In this document: positions 27,501-38,982 of the stretch, piece after piece
How the letters are laid out: each line of letters opens with the position of its first letter
How positions within the stretch are numbered: the first letter of the stretch is position 1
The notes under the pieces: model-generated
The model's input: only the letters and a program-made list of their open reading frames with translations
What the model was told of the DNA's origin: nothing
Databases searched by the model: none
Translations under genes and position numbers: made by a program
Assembly (NCBI GenBank): GCA_951406725.2
Contig: OX597824.1
Span: forward strand, 64,480,001-64,544,000
DNA length: 64,000 nucleotides
Direction of reading: 5' to 3'
From: Octopus vulgaris
Lineage: Eukaryota

Positions 27501-30500
27501 AATGTAGATATTTTTGCTTTCAAAACTTTCTAAAAATATGATAGTGCAAACGGATGTTTTGGATAAAAAATTTCAAACTTACATGCGAAGGCTATTCCAA
27601 CATTTCAGCTGGCTAAAACAAGAATTATGGGACGGCTCTTGTTCCGGTCAAAATAGCCAGAGAGGCGTGATATGCGATCTAAGCACAGCATGAGACGCCA
27701 AACTGAATTTGTTAAATCGCTGAGAGAGAAGGGGGTGACCATTCCTCGTAGTATATCTTTTAAACAAAGAAAGAGGGAGAAGGGACAAACTATCAAAGAC
27801 AGAGAGAAGGGACTCATGCTGTCTTCCCAACGCATGACAAGCGATAAATTTATCGAGTCACTAAGATAGAGAGAGAGAGAGAGGAAGGAAGGACAAACTA
27901 ATACAGACAGAGAGGGAGTGTGTATCATGCGATCTTCTAAAATCATTTATCAAAGCAGATGTACGAAGTGGAGACAATATTTCTAAAACAACTGGACGTA
28001 TTTTCTTTGAAACAAGGAAGGCATGCAGCGCATACCTTGCATTGCTGAGAGTGCACGCCCCTGCCCCAGTGTCACTTTGATGGCATGCACTGCTCTCTCA
28101 CTCAATAATAATAATAATAATAATAATAAGTAAATAAATGAAAAAGAACAAAAAGATGTGTTTATTATTGGCATTATGACTCTCCCAAAATACAACAAAA
28201 TCTGTTTCATCACAATTTCACATCCAAAATCTTATAAACCAAATACAAAAGCAATGATTTTCTTTTCTCTTTTTCTTTTTTTTTAATGGAACACATGTAA
28301 TTGCTATGAAGTTATTTTTTAAGATGTTGGTATTCATAAAATTGGGATTAATATAAGATAGTTGGCAAATATACATATATATATTCTTTTATCTGTTTCA
28401 GTTATTTTGACTGCAGCTATGCTGAACTGCTAAGTTACGGGGACGTAAACACACCAACATCAGTTGTCAAGTGATGTTGGGGGACAAACACAGACACACA
28501 AACACGACGGGCTTCTTTCAGTTTCTGTCAACCAAATCCACTCACAAGGCTTTGGTTGACCTGAGGCTATAGCAGAAAACACTTGCCCAAGGTGCCATGC
28601 AGTGGGACTGAACCCGGAACCATGTGGTTCGTAAGCAAGCTACTTACCACACAGCCACTCCTGCACCTAACAACAAAGTATTTTAAAATGTGTAAAAGTC
28701 TGAAAAAAATTGCTGAAAATAATCCAAAAATGAAAAACCAAAATTCTTTAAGCTAATTCAACAACCTGACTTCATTAACCTTTTTGAAACCAGCCTACTC
28801 TAAGACTACCTTTGATTCTCTGATACAAAACATCTCATTTTAAACTGCTCATATTTAAATTAAAGTATTCCATCATAATTTAATGTCAGGACATTTTGTT
28901 AAATTATGTTCCAAGCACCAGATCAATAATTATTTCTAACATTGGTACATGACCAAAAATTTTGAAGAGAATGGTTAGTCAACCTCAGTACTTGATATGT
29001 ACTTTACTTAATTCTGAGTGAATGAAAGGTGAAGCTGACCTCAACAGGACTTGAACTAAGAAAATAAAAACTCAGAAGAAATACCACAAAGCATTTTGTC
29101 TGATGCTCTAACAATTCTGTAAATTCACTACCTTTAAATTAGCTGAGGCTACAATAATTATAGTAATAATGTTATTCTTTTTTAGGTTGGCACACAGCTA
29201 GGAATTCGGGGAGAAGAGGTTGGTTGATTAACTGGTACTTTATTAACTCCAGGAGGATAAAAGACAAGTTGGCCATGGTGGAATTAGAAGTCAGAAAATA
29301 AAAGATTTTATCTAACATACTAATGTTTCTATGAACCCACTATACAAGATAGAATTTTTTTTTTAATTTTCAATATATTTTTCAAACTAGAAATAAATGA
29401 ACACCAACCTTCTTACATTATTTTTTTTATATATAGAACTGTATTACAAACCTTCTTGTCCTTTATTTTCTGTCGCTGGTTAAGTTTCTCTTCCACAGCC
29501 TCTATAGCATTATCCATTGCAGAGGTGACACACTGCAAAAGTAAAAGAAAGCATTAGAAAACATGCAATAAAAAGTTTAAAACTTGTTAGAGGTTCAGTG
29601 GCTGTGAAGCTAATGTATTCAACAAATGGCTGCAAATGTGTACACAAAATACATTGTTTCTTAGCAGCAATTAGTTGCCATTCTTACTTTCAGAACAACT
29701 AGACATCTGTGGGGGAAGGGGGAACATGATCAAGGATTTAACTTTCAGCAAAGAACTGAACTCAAGATTATCCAAGTCAGAGATCCAAAACAAATATTAA
29801 TCCAACAGATCTAGACAAATGTAATTAATGATGGAATCAAAAGAAAATAATAAAAAACAAAATAATTAATTTCATATAAAAAAAAAAGAAGCTGTGTTTT
29901 GTGTCTTCAAGACCAAAAGGTATTGGGTTATCCCATAAATAATGGGTTTTTTTAAAATCTAAAATATACTCTCCTTCATTTTCTACAACGCTCTTCCATC
30001 TATCTGGTAGACTTGCAAGGCCCCTCTTCCAGAATTCACTTGTCTGTGATGAAAAATACTCCTCCAGTACTGTTCCGACCTCATCTACAGAATTCATACT
30101 CTTTCCATCTAAATGATTCTGAAGACTGCAGAATAAATGATGGTCAGATGGGACAATGTCTGGTGAATATGGTGGGTGGGGTAGCGTTTCCCATTCAAAC
30201 TGTTCCAGCCTTTGGAATGTTATCCTCATTGTATAAGGCCGAGCATTATCCTGATGGAAGAACACTTTTTGTCTTGAAACCAAAGATGGTCATTTTTCTT
30301 CTAGCGCTGACTTAAGCCACTCAAGCTGCTCACAGTAGATCTCCTTTGTTATCATTTGGTTTGGGTTTAAAAGTTCAAAGTGGATTAAACCATTCATATC
30401 CCACCAAACAGATAACAACATCTTATGTGGGTGAAAACCTTCTTTAGCCTGGGGTGCCGGTGTTTCTCCTTTCCTTACCCACTGTCTTCAATGCTCAACA

Positions 30501-33500
30501 TTTTTATAGAGAACCCATATCTCATCACCAGTCACTATTCGGTCCAAAAATGGTTCATTCATGAGATGTGACAGCAAAGAAGAGCACACATTCACTCTCT
30601 GTGCACAACTACACTCGAAAAGTTTGTGAGGAATCCATTGACCCAATTTGCTGACTTTTCCGGCTTGGAGTTCCTGGAACCACCATTGACACTGGTTTAC
30701 GCTACATTAATATTCCTCGCACTTTCTGTTGTGTGGTTGCCTTTATTGAACTCATAAAGCAAAATATGCCAAATACGATCATTTGTCACTTCCATTATAG
30801 CTTTGAAAAACCACCTGTTAAAATCGAACTGGACTCTTCAAAACTTGCACTAAGAATAAGTACAAAGTAAAATTACTACCTGCTTTTATAGCAAGTTGAT
30901 GCAGGTAGTTTATCCCGTCGCCCTCCGACTTGTAGATCATGCAATTGAAAAATACACATTATTTATATGACGACCCAATATTTCAGTCCTGAACATTTGT
31001 CAATTCTTTACATAATATCAATACACTGAAGTGTTACTCTCTCATCTTGGCAGAATACTCACTACATATTTACATTACAGATCAAAATAGAAAAACAAAA
31101 GAAAAAAATTAGTCTCCCTTCAGATGCTCCATTTCCCAATTCCTATGCCTTCACCTTGCTCCCACTGTGTCTCTTCCACACACTATATTAATTTCCACTC
31201 ATTCCCTTCTGTGTTTCTCTTCCAGATATGATAGTAAAACTCCCCTCCTCACCAACGACTTTGACCCTATAATATTTCTTTTCTGTTAAAGTTTCTTTCC
31301 TAAACAAACACATGCTAGAATTCAAAGTTATCCCCGACAGATTTCCCCTGAGTTATTACATTCTTCACCTAAACTAAGTGAACTAAAAAAGTTTTGCTCA
31401 CTGTCCCTCATTATGACAACTTGTTAGCACAAACACAGTACTAAAGACTGTGTCTTTGAATTCACTAACATTCTATTTCAGGCATTAATATCGATTAAGT
31501 TCCTCCAGGCAATCAGTTGAGTGGTTGTTTCCTTTTTGAGTGTTTTTTTTTACTATCGTACTTTCTTAAACTCCTCCAAATCATTGCATATTTTTAACTG
31601 CTCTTTGATTGCAATATGATTATTGTGAAGAATATGAAGAATCACTGAAGAGGAGGTAAGCAGTTGTTCGCAAAATGTTATCAAGTTTTCCTGGTGCTTT
31701 GAAATAATCCACCATAGCAATGTTTTCAGAATTTATATCACTGATTACAAGAATATGAAGCTGAGAGTGCAACTCAGTTATGACTTCCAGTTGAGTCTCG
31801 CTGTCTTCCACACATACAGACTTGTCCTTTCAGGTGTCAGTGCCACTTAAAAAGCATAAACGCACCTGTGCCAGCAGCACATAAAAAGCACCCAGCACAC
31901 TCTGCTAAGTGGCTGGCATTAGGAAGGGCATCCAGTTGTAGAAACCATGCCGCAACAGACAGTTGGAGTCTGGACAGCTTCCGGCTACATCTCAAACCAT
32001 CCAACTCATGCCAGCATGGAAAGTAGACATTAAACGATGATGAAGATGAGACTTGGCACACTGCTACCATGTAACTTTTCACTGCTACATTATTTTACAG
32101 CTCAGTAAACTGAACTATAAACAGATATCTGTCCAATAAACTGAGACAGTAATTTGTTGAGTGCTTTAGCCAAGAATACAGTAAGCCTTAGAGACATATA
32201 CCACAGAGATGACTTTTATTTCTAGTAGTCTTAGATCATCCTACCAGGGATTTACTCTCATTTAACACAGCAGCTGTGAGCTGGAAGAGGCTTCGTGGCA
32301 TGACTTGCACAAGATGGCTAGCTGTGAATAAGGAAGATCTCCAGGGGCTCAATATCACCTTGGAGGATGCAGAGGAATTGGCAAGGGGCCCCCAGCGAGG
32401 GGGAGCATTGGTGGACCTGGTTGGCTCTATGCATGATGATGTCACTATGACCACAAACCTGGGATCACCCCCCACCACCCACCCACCCAGCCCCATCAAG
32501 CAAGCAAACAAATCTTAGATGATCACTGTGTTTCATTAATACAAGAACCCTTCTCCCATAGTAATCTCTAGCCATAATCAAGACAATCCATCTAAGAAAT
32601 CAAATACTCCAAACAAACCCAACAGTATCAGAACATGGTTCTACTCAAATCACACAGAGGAGATATGGATAGGGTAAGCTGCAGTGAAGGCAACTTGCCC
32701 AGGAGAGCAGGAACTTTGAATAAAAGTTGATACAGGGTAATGGGAACACTTTAGTCTTGCCACAGTAAAGCTCTCTAGTACCTGTTGCATGATATAATGA
32801 ACCCATTCATACTGTAAAGTGATTAGTGATAGGAAGAATCTCCAGCAGATAAAAAAATATGCAAACCTAGCCCTCCAACACAAACACACAACAAAGATTA
32901 ATGTTTGCAGTAGATAATAAAGAACTGCAACTAGTGATAAGATACTGTGAGAAGACCCATCCAACACATGACAGCATGGAAAATGGAAAAACAGACATAT
33001 GATGATGATAATGACGACGACGAGGATGATGATGATGATTGTAGTGGTGGCAACAGCAGTGGAGATGATAATTGTTGTGGTGATGATGATGATTACTGTA
33101 ATTGAATCAATTAAAATCAAAAGAAAAAACACTTACCAGGACCTCCTCTTTAAACTGTCCAAGTGGTTCCGTTAAGTTATTTATCGCTTTATCCATTCCA
33201 ACCTAGAAAGGATAAAGAAAATGATCCATTTTATTATTCTAATAAATTTCACTAGTTTCCACCATTTTATTTTTCTAGATATAAAATACAAAACCAAACC
33301 GATGTTGCAATTACAAATTTTAAAGTTGTTTATAAATTATATACAAACATAAGAGATTGACTCAAACTCCATTTGTTTAATCAACACCATTTTTGTAGTT
33401 AAGAAGTCTGCTTCTTGACCCCAGCACCTTGGGTAAGAGTCTTCTACTAAAAGCTCCAGATCTACCAAAGACTTGTCAGTGAATTTGGCAGATGGAACAT

Positions 33501-34725
33501 GGAAGAAGTCCACCATATATATATGACGGATTTCTTCCAATTACATATGTATGTATGTATACATGGCAAATGAAAGACGGAAGATGATATATATTCCATT
33601 TTCCATTTGCCATATACATAATGATCACTGTGAAAGTGACTGTACTTTACCAGTAAGCTACCAGGTGTAAACCATTCATTTTATTATGTATGTATACATG
33701 CATATATATGTATGTATATATATGTGTGTGTGTTCGTTTACTTCAGTCATGTGACTGTGGCCATACTGGAGCACCACCTTAAAGGAATATAGTCGAAAAA
33801 ATTGACCCCAGGACTTATTCTTTATAAGGCTGATACTTATTCTATTAGTATCTTTTGCTGAACTGCTAAGTTACAAGGACATAAACACACCAACACAGGT
33901 TGTTAAGCAGTGATAGGGGGACAAACACAGACACACAGATATATATATATATTTATACAAGAGGCTTCTTTCAGTTTCCATCTACCAAATCTACTCACAG
34001 GGCCTTAATCGGCCCAAGGCTATAGCAGAAGACACTTGTCCAAGGTGCTACACAGTGAGACTGAACCCAGAACTATGTGGTTGGGAAGCAAGCTTGCTCA
34101 TACATGCATACATACATATACACACACATACATAAATACATACAAACATATATATATATATATATATATATATAAATTAAATTTCAGAATTCAGTTGAAT
34201 GCAGTACTTAAATGGTAAAGCAGTAAGGATGGATCAGTAATATCACTATTGTGTTCAAACAATATCTGAAGACAAATATGTAATTACTAAAGTAAACCTC
34301 GATTTATACTCCAGAGATGGCCAACTGAATATACGAGTCATATACACAGCACCCATTGCACAGCACTTAATAGACTCCAGATCCAAGCAAATTGCAGGTT
34401 TCGAGTTAGGTGAATGATAAACAAATGACAACTGGTGGTTTGTGATTCATTACAGTTGTTTCAGACTCTCTGACTGAATTTTGGTCAGGAGAGTCAAAAT
34501 GGCATTTTGTACTTGTTATTGAGCTGTTCAAAATGTTTAATTCTTACATGTATTCACCTGATGCAAACAGCTTTTTTAGCATGATGTAAAACTTCTATTC
34601 ATCAATAAAAAAACATGTCTGAAACAGCTGTAGTGAACTACAATCTATCTGTTATTATTTGATTATATATTTTGTTTGTTTGTTTGTAATCATGTATGTA
34701 TGCATGCATCCATGTATGTATGTAA

Positions 34726-34761
<36 letters not shown>

Positions 34762-37700
34762 ATGTATATAATATATATATATATGATAGGCTTCTTTCAG
34801 TTCCTGTTTACCAAATACACTCACAAGGCTTTCATCAACCTGAGGCTACAGTAGAAGACATTTGCTCCAGGTACTACACAGTGGGACAGAACCCAGAACC
34901 ATGTGGTTGGGAAGCAAGCTTCTTACCACACAGCCACGCCTGCGCCTATGATGAAGATAATGTAATTACAGACAACAAATATCATGACAAATGACTTGAT
35001 GATGATGATGGTGGCTGAGGTAGTGGTGGTGGTAATGAAGATAGCAACAAATAATATTTACTCACCAGATTGGTAGAAAGATTGACAAAATCAGCATAAT
35101 CTTTGTTAATCAATTCTATCATGGCACTTCTAAGAATTTTCAGATAAATATGAAGATCATCTCGAAGGGTTTCAAGGGGAACACATCTCCGACAATCCAT
35201 TACAAAGGTATCAACATTAAAGGTATTCTGAAAAAATAGAAAAAACAGAGAAGTCAGGAATATGCATTACTGAATAATAACAGAATAATCTGTAGTTCTG
35301 TAATAGCTTAGCTCCAAGTCAGCTCAGACCCAGCAGATCAAAGATACTCTAATCACGACCATCCAGTCTTTCTTTCAAACAAAATGTATCTAGAACTGAA
35401 CTGTAATACCCAATGTGCCCTCCCATTTTAAAATAGACTTGAGAGAGATTTTACTGCTACCTCCAGCAGGTCAAGAAACCACATAGAGAATCCCTTGGGA
35501 TTTGAAGGTTCCCTGCTATTAGTTAAATACTATCATCTACTTCATGCGTCTATATCGACCATTTCTGAACATTTCATTAAAGCCCTTATTTAGCAGATTT
35601 CAGAATTCATGAGCTCCTCAAGGAAAAGTCACAACTATATACAGCCAGTTAGAACCAGAAAATACTTCAGCCCAGGTCAGTTAGTGACCTTCACTTTCAT
35701 GTTACACATATAAATATATGAGACCAAATTTAAATGGTTTCAATGGAGAAATGTTTTTGACAAAGAACCATATTTCAAATGAAACTGCTCTCCTAAACTT
35801 GTTTAGGCACAGACAGGCCCCATAGTTAGGTTTAACCCTCCAGAAGTTACAAATCTCAAGATATCTCAAGTTGAAACCAATCCTTTGCAACAATTGGAAT
35901 TGCCAAAATTGAACTTCTATTGGAGGCAACAACATCTATTGGTGTGACAATAACAACTCCAACTCCAACTGATGTAACAACAGTGGAAGTAACCACAACT
36001 ACTGCTTCTTATAAGGCAATTTGATTGATTGGTAAACATTCACCGACTATCACACTACAACCATTACTACAATCTCACCACAGCACTAGAGCCACTATTA
36101 CAACTACATCAACATGCTACAACATTACATCTACTACTACATTCACACCAACACACTACAACTACAACCATTACTACAAACACCACAACCACACCAACAC
36201 ATTACAATTTCTACTACAACCACACCACAATCCTATAATGACAAGCTCACAGATATACAGTTTCTTCTCTTTGTTTCTTCAATCATTACTACACTAACAT
36301 TTACTCCTCTGAACTAGTTAATTGAACAGTCTCAGTACCCACACCTATTCATTCCACCTGTCACCTTTACTCCATTCTCATTCTCAAATATCATTATCTC
36401 TATATTATGTTCTCCTCCAGAGGTAAATGAATGTTAATCCTTTGATACTAACCCACCCCTAGTTCTGTGGTACAAATTGTTTCTTGTTGTGAATTTAATT
36501 TGAAACCTCCCATCAAAATTTCATGTTAATTTATATTCCAATCATCAGTTTAATAATGACCTAGTTATTTTAATAAATTCTTCATTACTTTTAAAATTAA
36601 TTTAACAGTAATATATTTCAGCAGAAGTATGGTAACGGTTAAGATCAACCAGAGTTGATAGAATATGAATTAGAAAAAGCCCAGTCAACTCATATTGATT
36701 AGTCTAGTAATAATAATAATCTGTGAAACAAATAGACATCATAATACTAACCATTTCCATTAAATCAAATATGCATTTTCAAGCAGCTAAAAAACATTTT
36801 ATGTGCAGTTCCTGCTTCAACTTTATATTGTTAAAAATAACTACAGCATAAATAACAAGTTTTTCAAGGGTAGACTATGAAACAAATCCACATTAAGTAA
36901 CAGAAAAGAATATTTAACTCAAACATCTTGGTTGCTCAATTGACAATATTTTCATCATCAAAAAAACTGCACATAAACCACAACTTTTGGAAATATCATC
37001 TTTTCATGCATAGTAATGTTGAGGCATGGAATAACCTGTAAACCACCTGTGTCACTTGTTAGTTGTCAGAACACTACAATCTCCAAAAATTCCATGCTAC
37101 CTGAAATTCACCAAAACTACTCCAGACATACCTATGTACCCTTTCCTCCTTATAGCTCTTCTACTGTTCATTCTTCTGTCTTTTTGTCTTTTATTCTGTG
37201 CACTATGCATGTACTATTGCTGCTGTTTTTCTTTATTTGACCTAATGCTGCTTTCTACTTCCTCTTCTAGCCTTTCCCAGCCGATTGTAGTGGCACCATA
37301 TACAATAAGCTTATTATTATTATTACTAAGGTAATGAACTAGAAGAATCTTTAGAGCACTGGACGAAATATCTTGCTGTATTTGTTACAGCTCCTTACAT
37401 TCTGAGTTCAATTCCTTTAAAAACAGCTTTGCTTTTCAGCTCTTTGAGCTTGACAAAATAAAGTACCACTTGAGTCAATGCAATTGCCTTGCACCATCCC
37501 CCTATTAAACTGCTAGCTTTGTATCAATATTTGAAACAATTACTATTAAAGGTGGCGAGCTGGCAGAATCTTAAACATGTTGGACAGAATGCTTAGTGGC
37601 ACTCCTTCCAACTCATTATTTCTGAATTGAAAATTCCTTTCGGGATCGATAAAAGAAAGTACCAGTCAAGTACTGGGGTCGATATAATTAACTTACCTAC

Positions 37701-38982
37701 TCCCATTAAAATTGCTGGCCTTGTGCCAAAATTTAAAACATTTATTATCACTATTATATATTAGTGAATTCACGAAATGTCACACTCCAGCTTAGTGCTT
37801 CTGGGTTTGATTTAAAACGAAATCGGATAATATATCATGTCAAAACTGCAGTCTTTCAGGGGCAACCGCCTAAATATCTGTCAAGTCAGCTAGCAGGTGA
37901 AGTCGAAATTTTGCGAGAAGTAATAAATAGCGGAACCCTTATATTCATTTCGTTTACTGCCCTCCACTCTGAGAGTTAGGCTGCATATATTAGTCCTTCA
38001 AATATTTAGTTAGATCCAGGAAAAATATTATAATTCAACTCTCCGATCAAATACACGTACATTCTACAAGCCCATGGTGACATGTTGTACACTTCCCCGA
38101 CCCAGCCTATGCCAGCTGGTCTATTGGTCCTTCAAAAATGAAACTGGATCCATAAAAATAGTAATAATTCAATAAAATAGCTAAGTGTTTGTTTAGATCC
38201 TATTTATAACAAATGTAACAGGCTATGCATTAACTTAATCCAGAGTTGTATTTATTTTATCAGCGAGATGAAATATCGGTCTGCGCCATCAAGATTTTTA
38301 ACTCAAAATGTTGAAAAACGAAATTAAAAACTGTAAAGCATTTAATCCAACGCTCTATTATGTCTGTCAAACCACCTTCACATAAAACTAGTAATTACTC
38401 CAGCCAACGAGGAAAATCTCAACGCGGTCGCTTACGTGCTAGAAATAGCAGGATTACATGTCCCACATTAAGGAATATTAGATATTATAGTGTTACATAC
38501 TTCTAACAAAACGGCATGGTCATAGTTGGACTGTCTGTTGCTCTTGGATCTGCCCGATTAGTGTTTGCCAAGCACTAACCTACGATGAGGGATTACATTA
38601 GCGAAAAAAAGGAACATCTACACATTCACTCGACTTGCTAGAAATAGCAACCCAATCTTTATCAAAACTCCACTAAAAAAATAAAAGTGGGGAAGGACAG
38701 AATGATAAAGCATACAATATACCTGAATAAAAAACGGTGAACTCCACCGATCTACTTGATCAGAGCTAACCAGGGGTTATATAACATTAAAAAAAACATT
38801 ATAACATCTATAAGATTGCCAAGATCTAGTGTATATTAACAAAATGTTCCCACTGGAGTAATGTTCCTATTTACATAAAGGTTAATTAATCAGGAAGTTA
38901 CCTTCATGAAGTCATCTTTGTCGAAGCAGAGCGTAGCTGGACCGCTAGGAAGTGTCAACGGTTTTGCAGTATCTCCAGACAT
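866..38982 (-). CDS. COG2: Conserved oligomeric Golgi complex subunit 2; 17 coding exons, last exon not found in window
   Basis: Manually spliced GT-AG exons give 2112 nt (704 codons) with consistent phases and no stop. Peptides match COG2: GPATLCFDKDDFMK, ELINKDYADFVNLSTNLVGMDKA, QCGSQASVKRLR, SVKKMEDSLKRLK, DDDKIRQQL. Confidence 0.96.
1120..1400. mobile_element. hAT-type MITE
   Basis: Termini CAGGGGCTCTAAAC...GTTGAGAATCACTG; perfect 8-bp TSD CTATAGAG (1112-1119 and 1401-1408); related to the MITE at 41547. Confidence 0.85.
2822..2958 (-). CDS. COG2: COG2 exon 16 (VPTKTSSYTTGLFKPL...LAQ)
   Basis: tag acceptor; gtatgt donor; 137 nt. Confidence 0.93.
3835..3980 (-). CDS. COG2: COG2 exon 15 (AFNDSQ...ADIPRLFRRTNRE)
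   Basis: cag acceptor; gtaaag donor; 146 nt. Confidence 0.94.
4330..5351 (-). pseudogene. Degenerate Tc1-family (DD34E) transposase in COG2 intron 14
   Basis: N-terminus MPHTKKSAELSDFQRGHILG; catalytic motifs VIFSD, EDGAPCH and SPDMNPIEN with 34 residues between D and E; in-frame stops and a frameshift; TIRs not recognised. Confidence 0.88.
5677..5752 (-). CDS. COG2: COG2 exon 14 (IFPMFEKDIRPKLESIGYQNIDLIK)
   Basis: cag acceptor; gtaaat donor; 76 nt; IRPKLESIG resembles vertebrate IKPKLEMIG. Confidence 0.9.
6241..6438 (-). CDS. COG2: COG2 exon 13 (low-complexity linker, then ITLGQILCLLADAEKTSER)
   Basis: cag acceptor after a T-tract; gtaaag donor; 198 nt; phase 0/0. Confidence 0.88.
7559..7725 (-). 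CDS. COG2: COG2 exon 12 (DGSDMYLHASFHLWESICHCWQPDVYLP...YQKE)
   Basis: cag acceptor; gtttgt donor; 167 nt. Confidence 0.93.
8177..8224 (-). ncRNA. Minimal type I hammerhead ribozyme-like motif
   Basis: Minus strand reads GUCU CUGAUGA A GGGAUAU-AUAAA-AUAUCCC A GAAA CAGCCA UA AGAC (stem I 4 bp, stem II 7 bp). Confidence 0.55.
9445..10395 (-). mobile_element. RTE-clade LINE reverse transcriptase fragment
   Basis: GKAPGLSGITADMLK, FVDLEKAFHRVP, VGVHQGLVLSLLLF; frameshifted. Confidence 0.9.
10714..10775 (-). CDS. COG2: COG2 exon 11 (FQEIAGAFENSLLSGLNNAP)
   Basis: cag acceptor; gtatgt donor; 62 nt. Confidence 0.92.
11826..11965 (-). CDS. COG2: COG2 exon 10 (KYTISMDF...CGSQASVKRLR...WSLPVYFQIR)
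   Basis: cag acceptor; gtaagt donor; 140 nt. Confidence 0.95.
12737..12857 (-). CDS. COG2: COG2 exon 9 (GDVVRGYDFIVNSV...PSIFAPGNPNLFHE)
   Basis: cag acceptor; gttagt donor; 121 nt. Confidence 0.94.
14491..14612 (-). CDS. COG2: COG2 exon 8 (VITEDFLRTSHQGLKGMYIKILEFVPKHC...)
   Basis: tag acceptor; gtaagt donor; 122 nt. Confidence 0.93.
14918..15097 (-). CDS. COG2: COG2 exon 7 (RIASITSTLQYSLEG...CLRTYALIDK...PFMEE)
   Basis: cag acceptor; gtaagt donor; 180 nt. Confidence 0.95.
15170..15390. mobile_element. ~220-bp MITE family with CCCTTT termini, piggyBac-like (older copy)
   Basis: Same family as 54536 and 59969, in the opposite orientation; further copies at ~1-158, ~36438-36638 and ~46375-46596. 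Confidence 0.7.
15820..15935 (+). mobile_element. RTE LINE 3' end fragment
   Basis: Encodes GRPRKIWDKVVRKDLQKLSLTEEVTRD, a typical RTE C-terminal motif. Confidence 0.7.
17266..17368 (-). CDS. COG2: COG2 exon 6 (LNGQLIERVATEFNKLQF...VKP)
   Basis: tag acceptor; gtaagt donor; 103 nt. Confidence 0.94.
19390..19487 (-). CDS. COG2: COG2 exon 5 (ACLQGLINIVQSVEKIEKLL...)
   Basis: tag acceptor; gtaaat donor; 98 nt; SVEKIEK motif. Confidence 0.92.
20008..20660 (+). mobile_element. Tandem cluster of SINE copies (GAGCTGGCAGAATC...TTCTGAGTTCAAATTCC family)
   Basis: tRNA-like A/B-box head; many copies in the window, e.g. 22965, 37330-37740, 42440-42850, 45235, 61335-61520. Confidence 0.75.
24280..28063 (-). 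mobile_element. Full-length hAT DNA transposon (3784 bp) in COG2 intron 4
   Basis: TIRs CAGTGGCGTGC and GCACGCCCCTG; perfect 8-bp TSD CCCCAGTG at 24272-24279 and 28064-28071; contains a hAT transposase. Confidence 0.95.
25236..27363 (-). pseudogene. hAT transposase (ZMYM1/DUF4371-like with hATC dimerisation domain), disrupted
   Basis: Motifs LFCWPCLLF, FRGHFES, SILVDETSDVS, AQTYDGAATM, FIHCCAHILNL, ATRW, TASVERSFSAL. In-frame TGA at 26518-26520; frameshift near 25385 (RLSGLALMSIEK continues in another frame); TAA at 25251-25253. Confidence 0.92.
28385..28668 (-). mobile_element. tRNA-derived SINE (GGCTGTGTGGTAAGTAGCTTGC...GGTTCAGTCCC family)
   Basis: tRNA-like head; other copies at ~17425, 33735-34100, 34785-34945, 48240-48650, 50643-51030. 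Confidence 0.75.
29452..29532 (-). CDS. COG2: COG2 exon 4 (CVTSAMDNAIEAVEEKLNQRQKIKDKK)
   Basis: cag acceptor; gtttg donor; 81 nt; phase 0/0. Confidence 0.9.
29923..30978 (-). mobile_element. mariner (DD34D) element, internally deleted
   Basis: TIRs TTGGGTTATCCCATAAATAATG and CATTATTTATATGACGACCCAA flanked by TA; motifs DRIVTGDEIWV, HQDNARPY, HPPYSPDIVPSDHHLF. Confidence 0.92.
31835..32050 (+). mobile_element. SINE-like repeat (AAAAGCACCC...GGCATTAGGAAGGGCATCCAG...(GAT)n)
   Basis: Recurs at ~15980-16200, 18820-19010, 47720-48000 and 53805-54100. Confidence 0.7.
33137..33202 (-). CDS. COG2: COG2 exon 3 (VGMDKAINNLTEPLGQFKEEVL)
   Basis: tag acceptor; gtaagt donor; 66 nt. Confidence 0.95.
34553..34637 (+). 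ncRNA. Degenerate type I hammerhead-like motif
   Basis: UUCAC CUGAUGC ...UGUCU GAAA CAGCUG UA GUGAA; 5-bp stem I, palindromic stem III, one core substitution. Confidence 0.45.
35066..35227 (-). CDS. COG2: COG2 exon 2 (NTFNVDTF...DYADFVNLSTNL)
   Basis: cag acceptor; gtgagt donor; 162 nt. Confidence 0.95.
38902..38982 (-). CDS. COG2: COG2 exon 1 (MSGDTAKPLTLPSGPATLCFDKDDFMK)
   Basis: ATG at 38982; donor AAG|gtaac; 81 nt. Confidence 0.93.

Noticed and set aside
31490-31811. Minus-strand ORF containing LRTTAYLLF, faintly BEL/Pao-like
   Set aside because: Single short motif with no other retrotransposon features.
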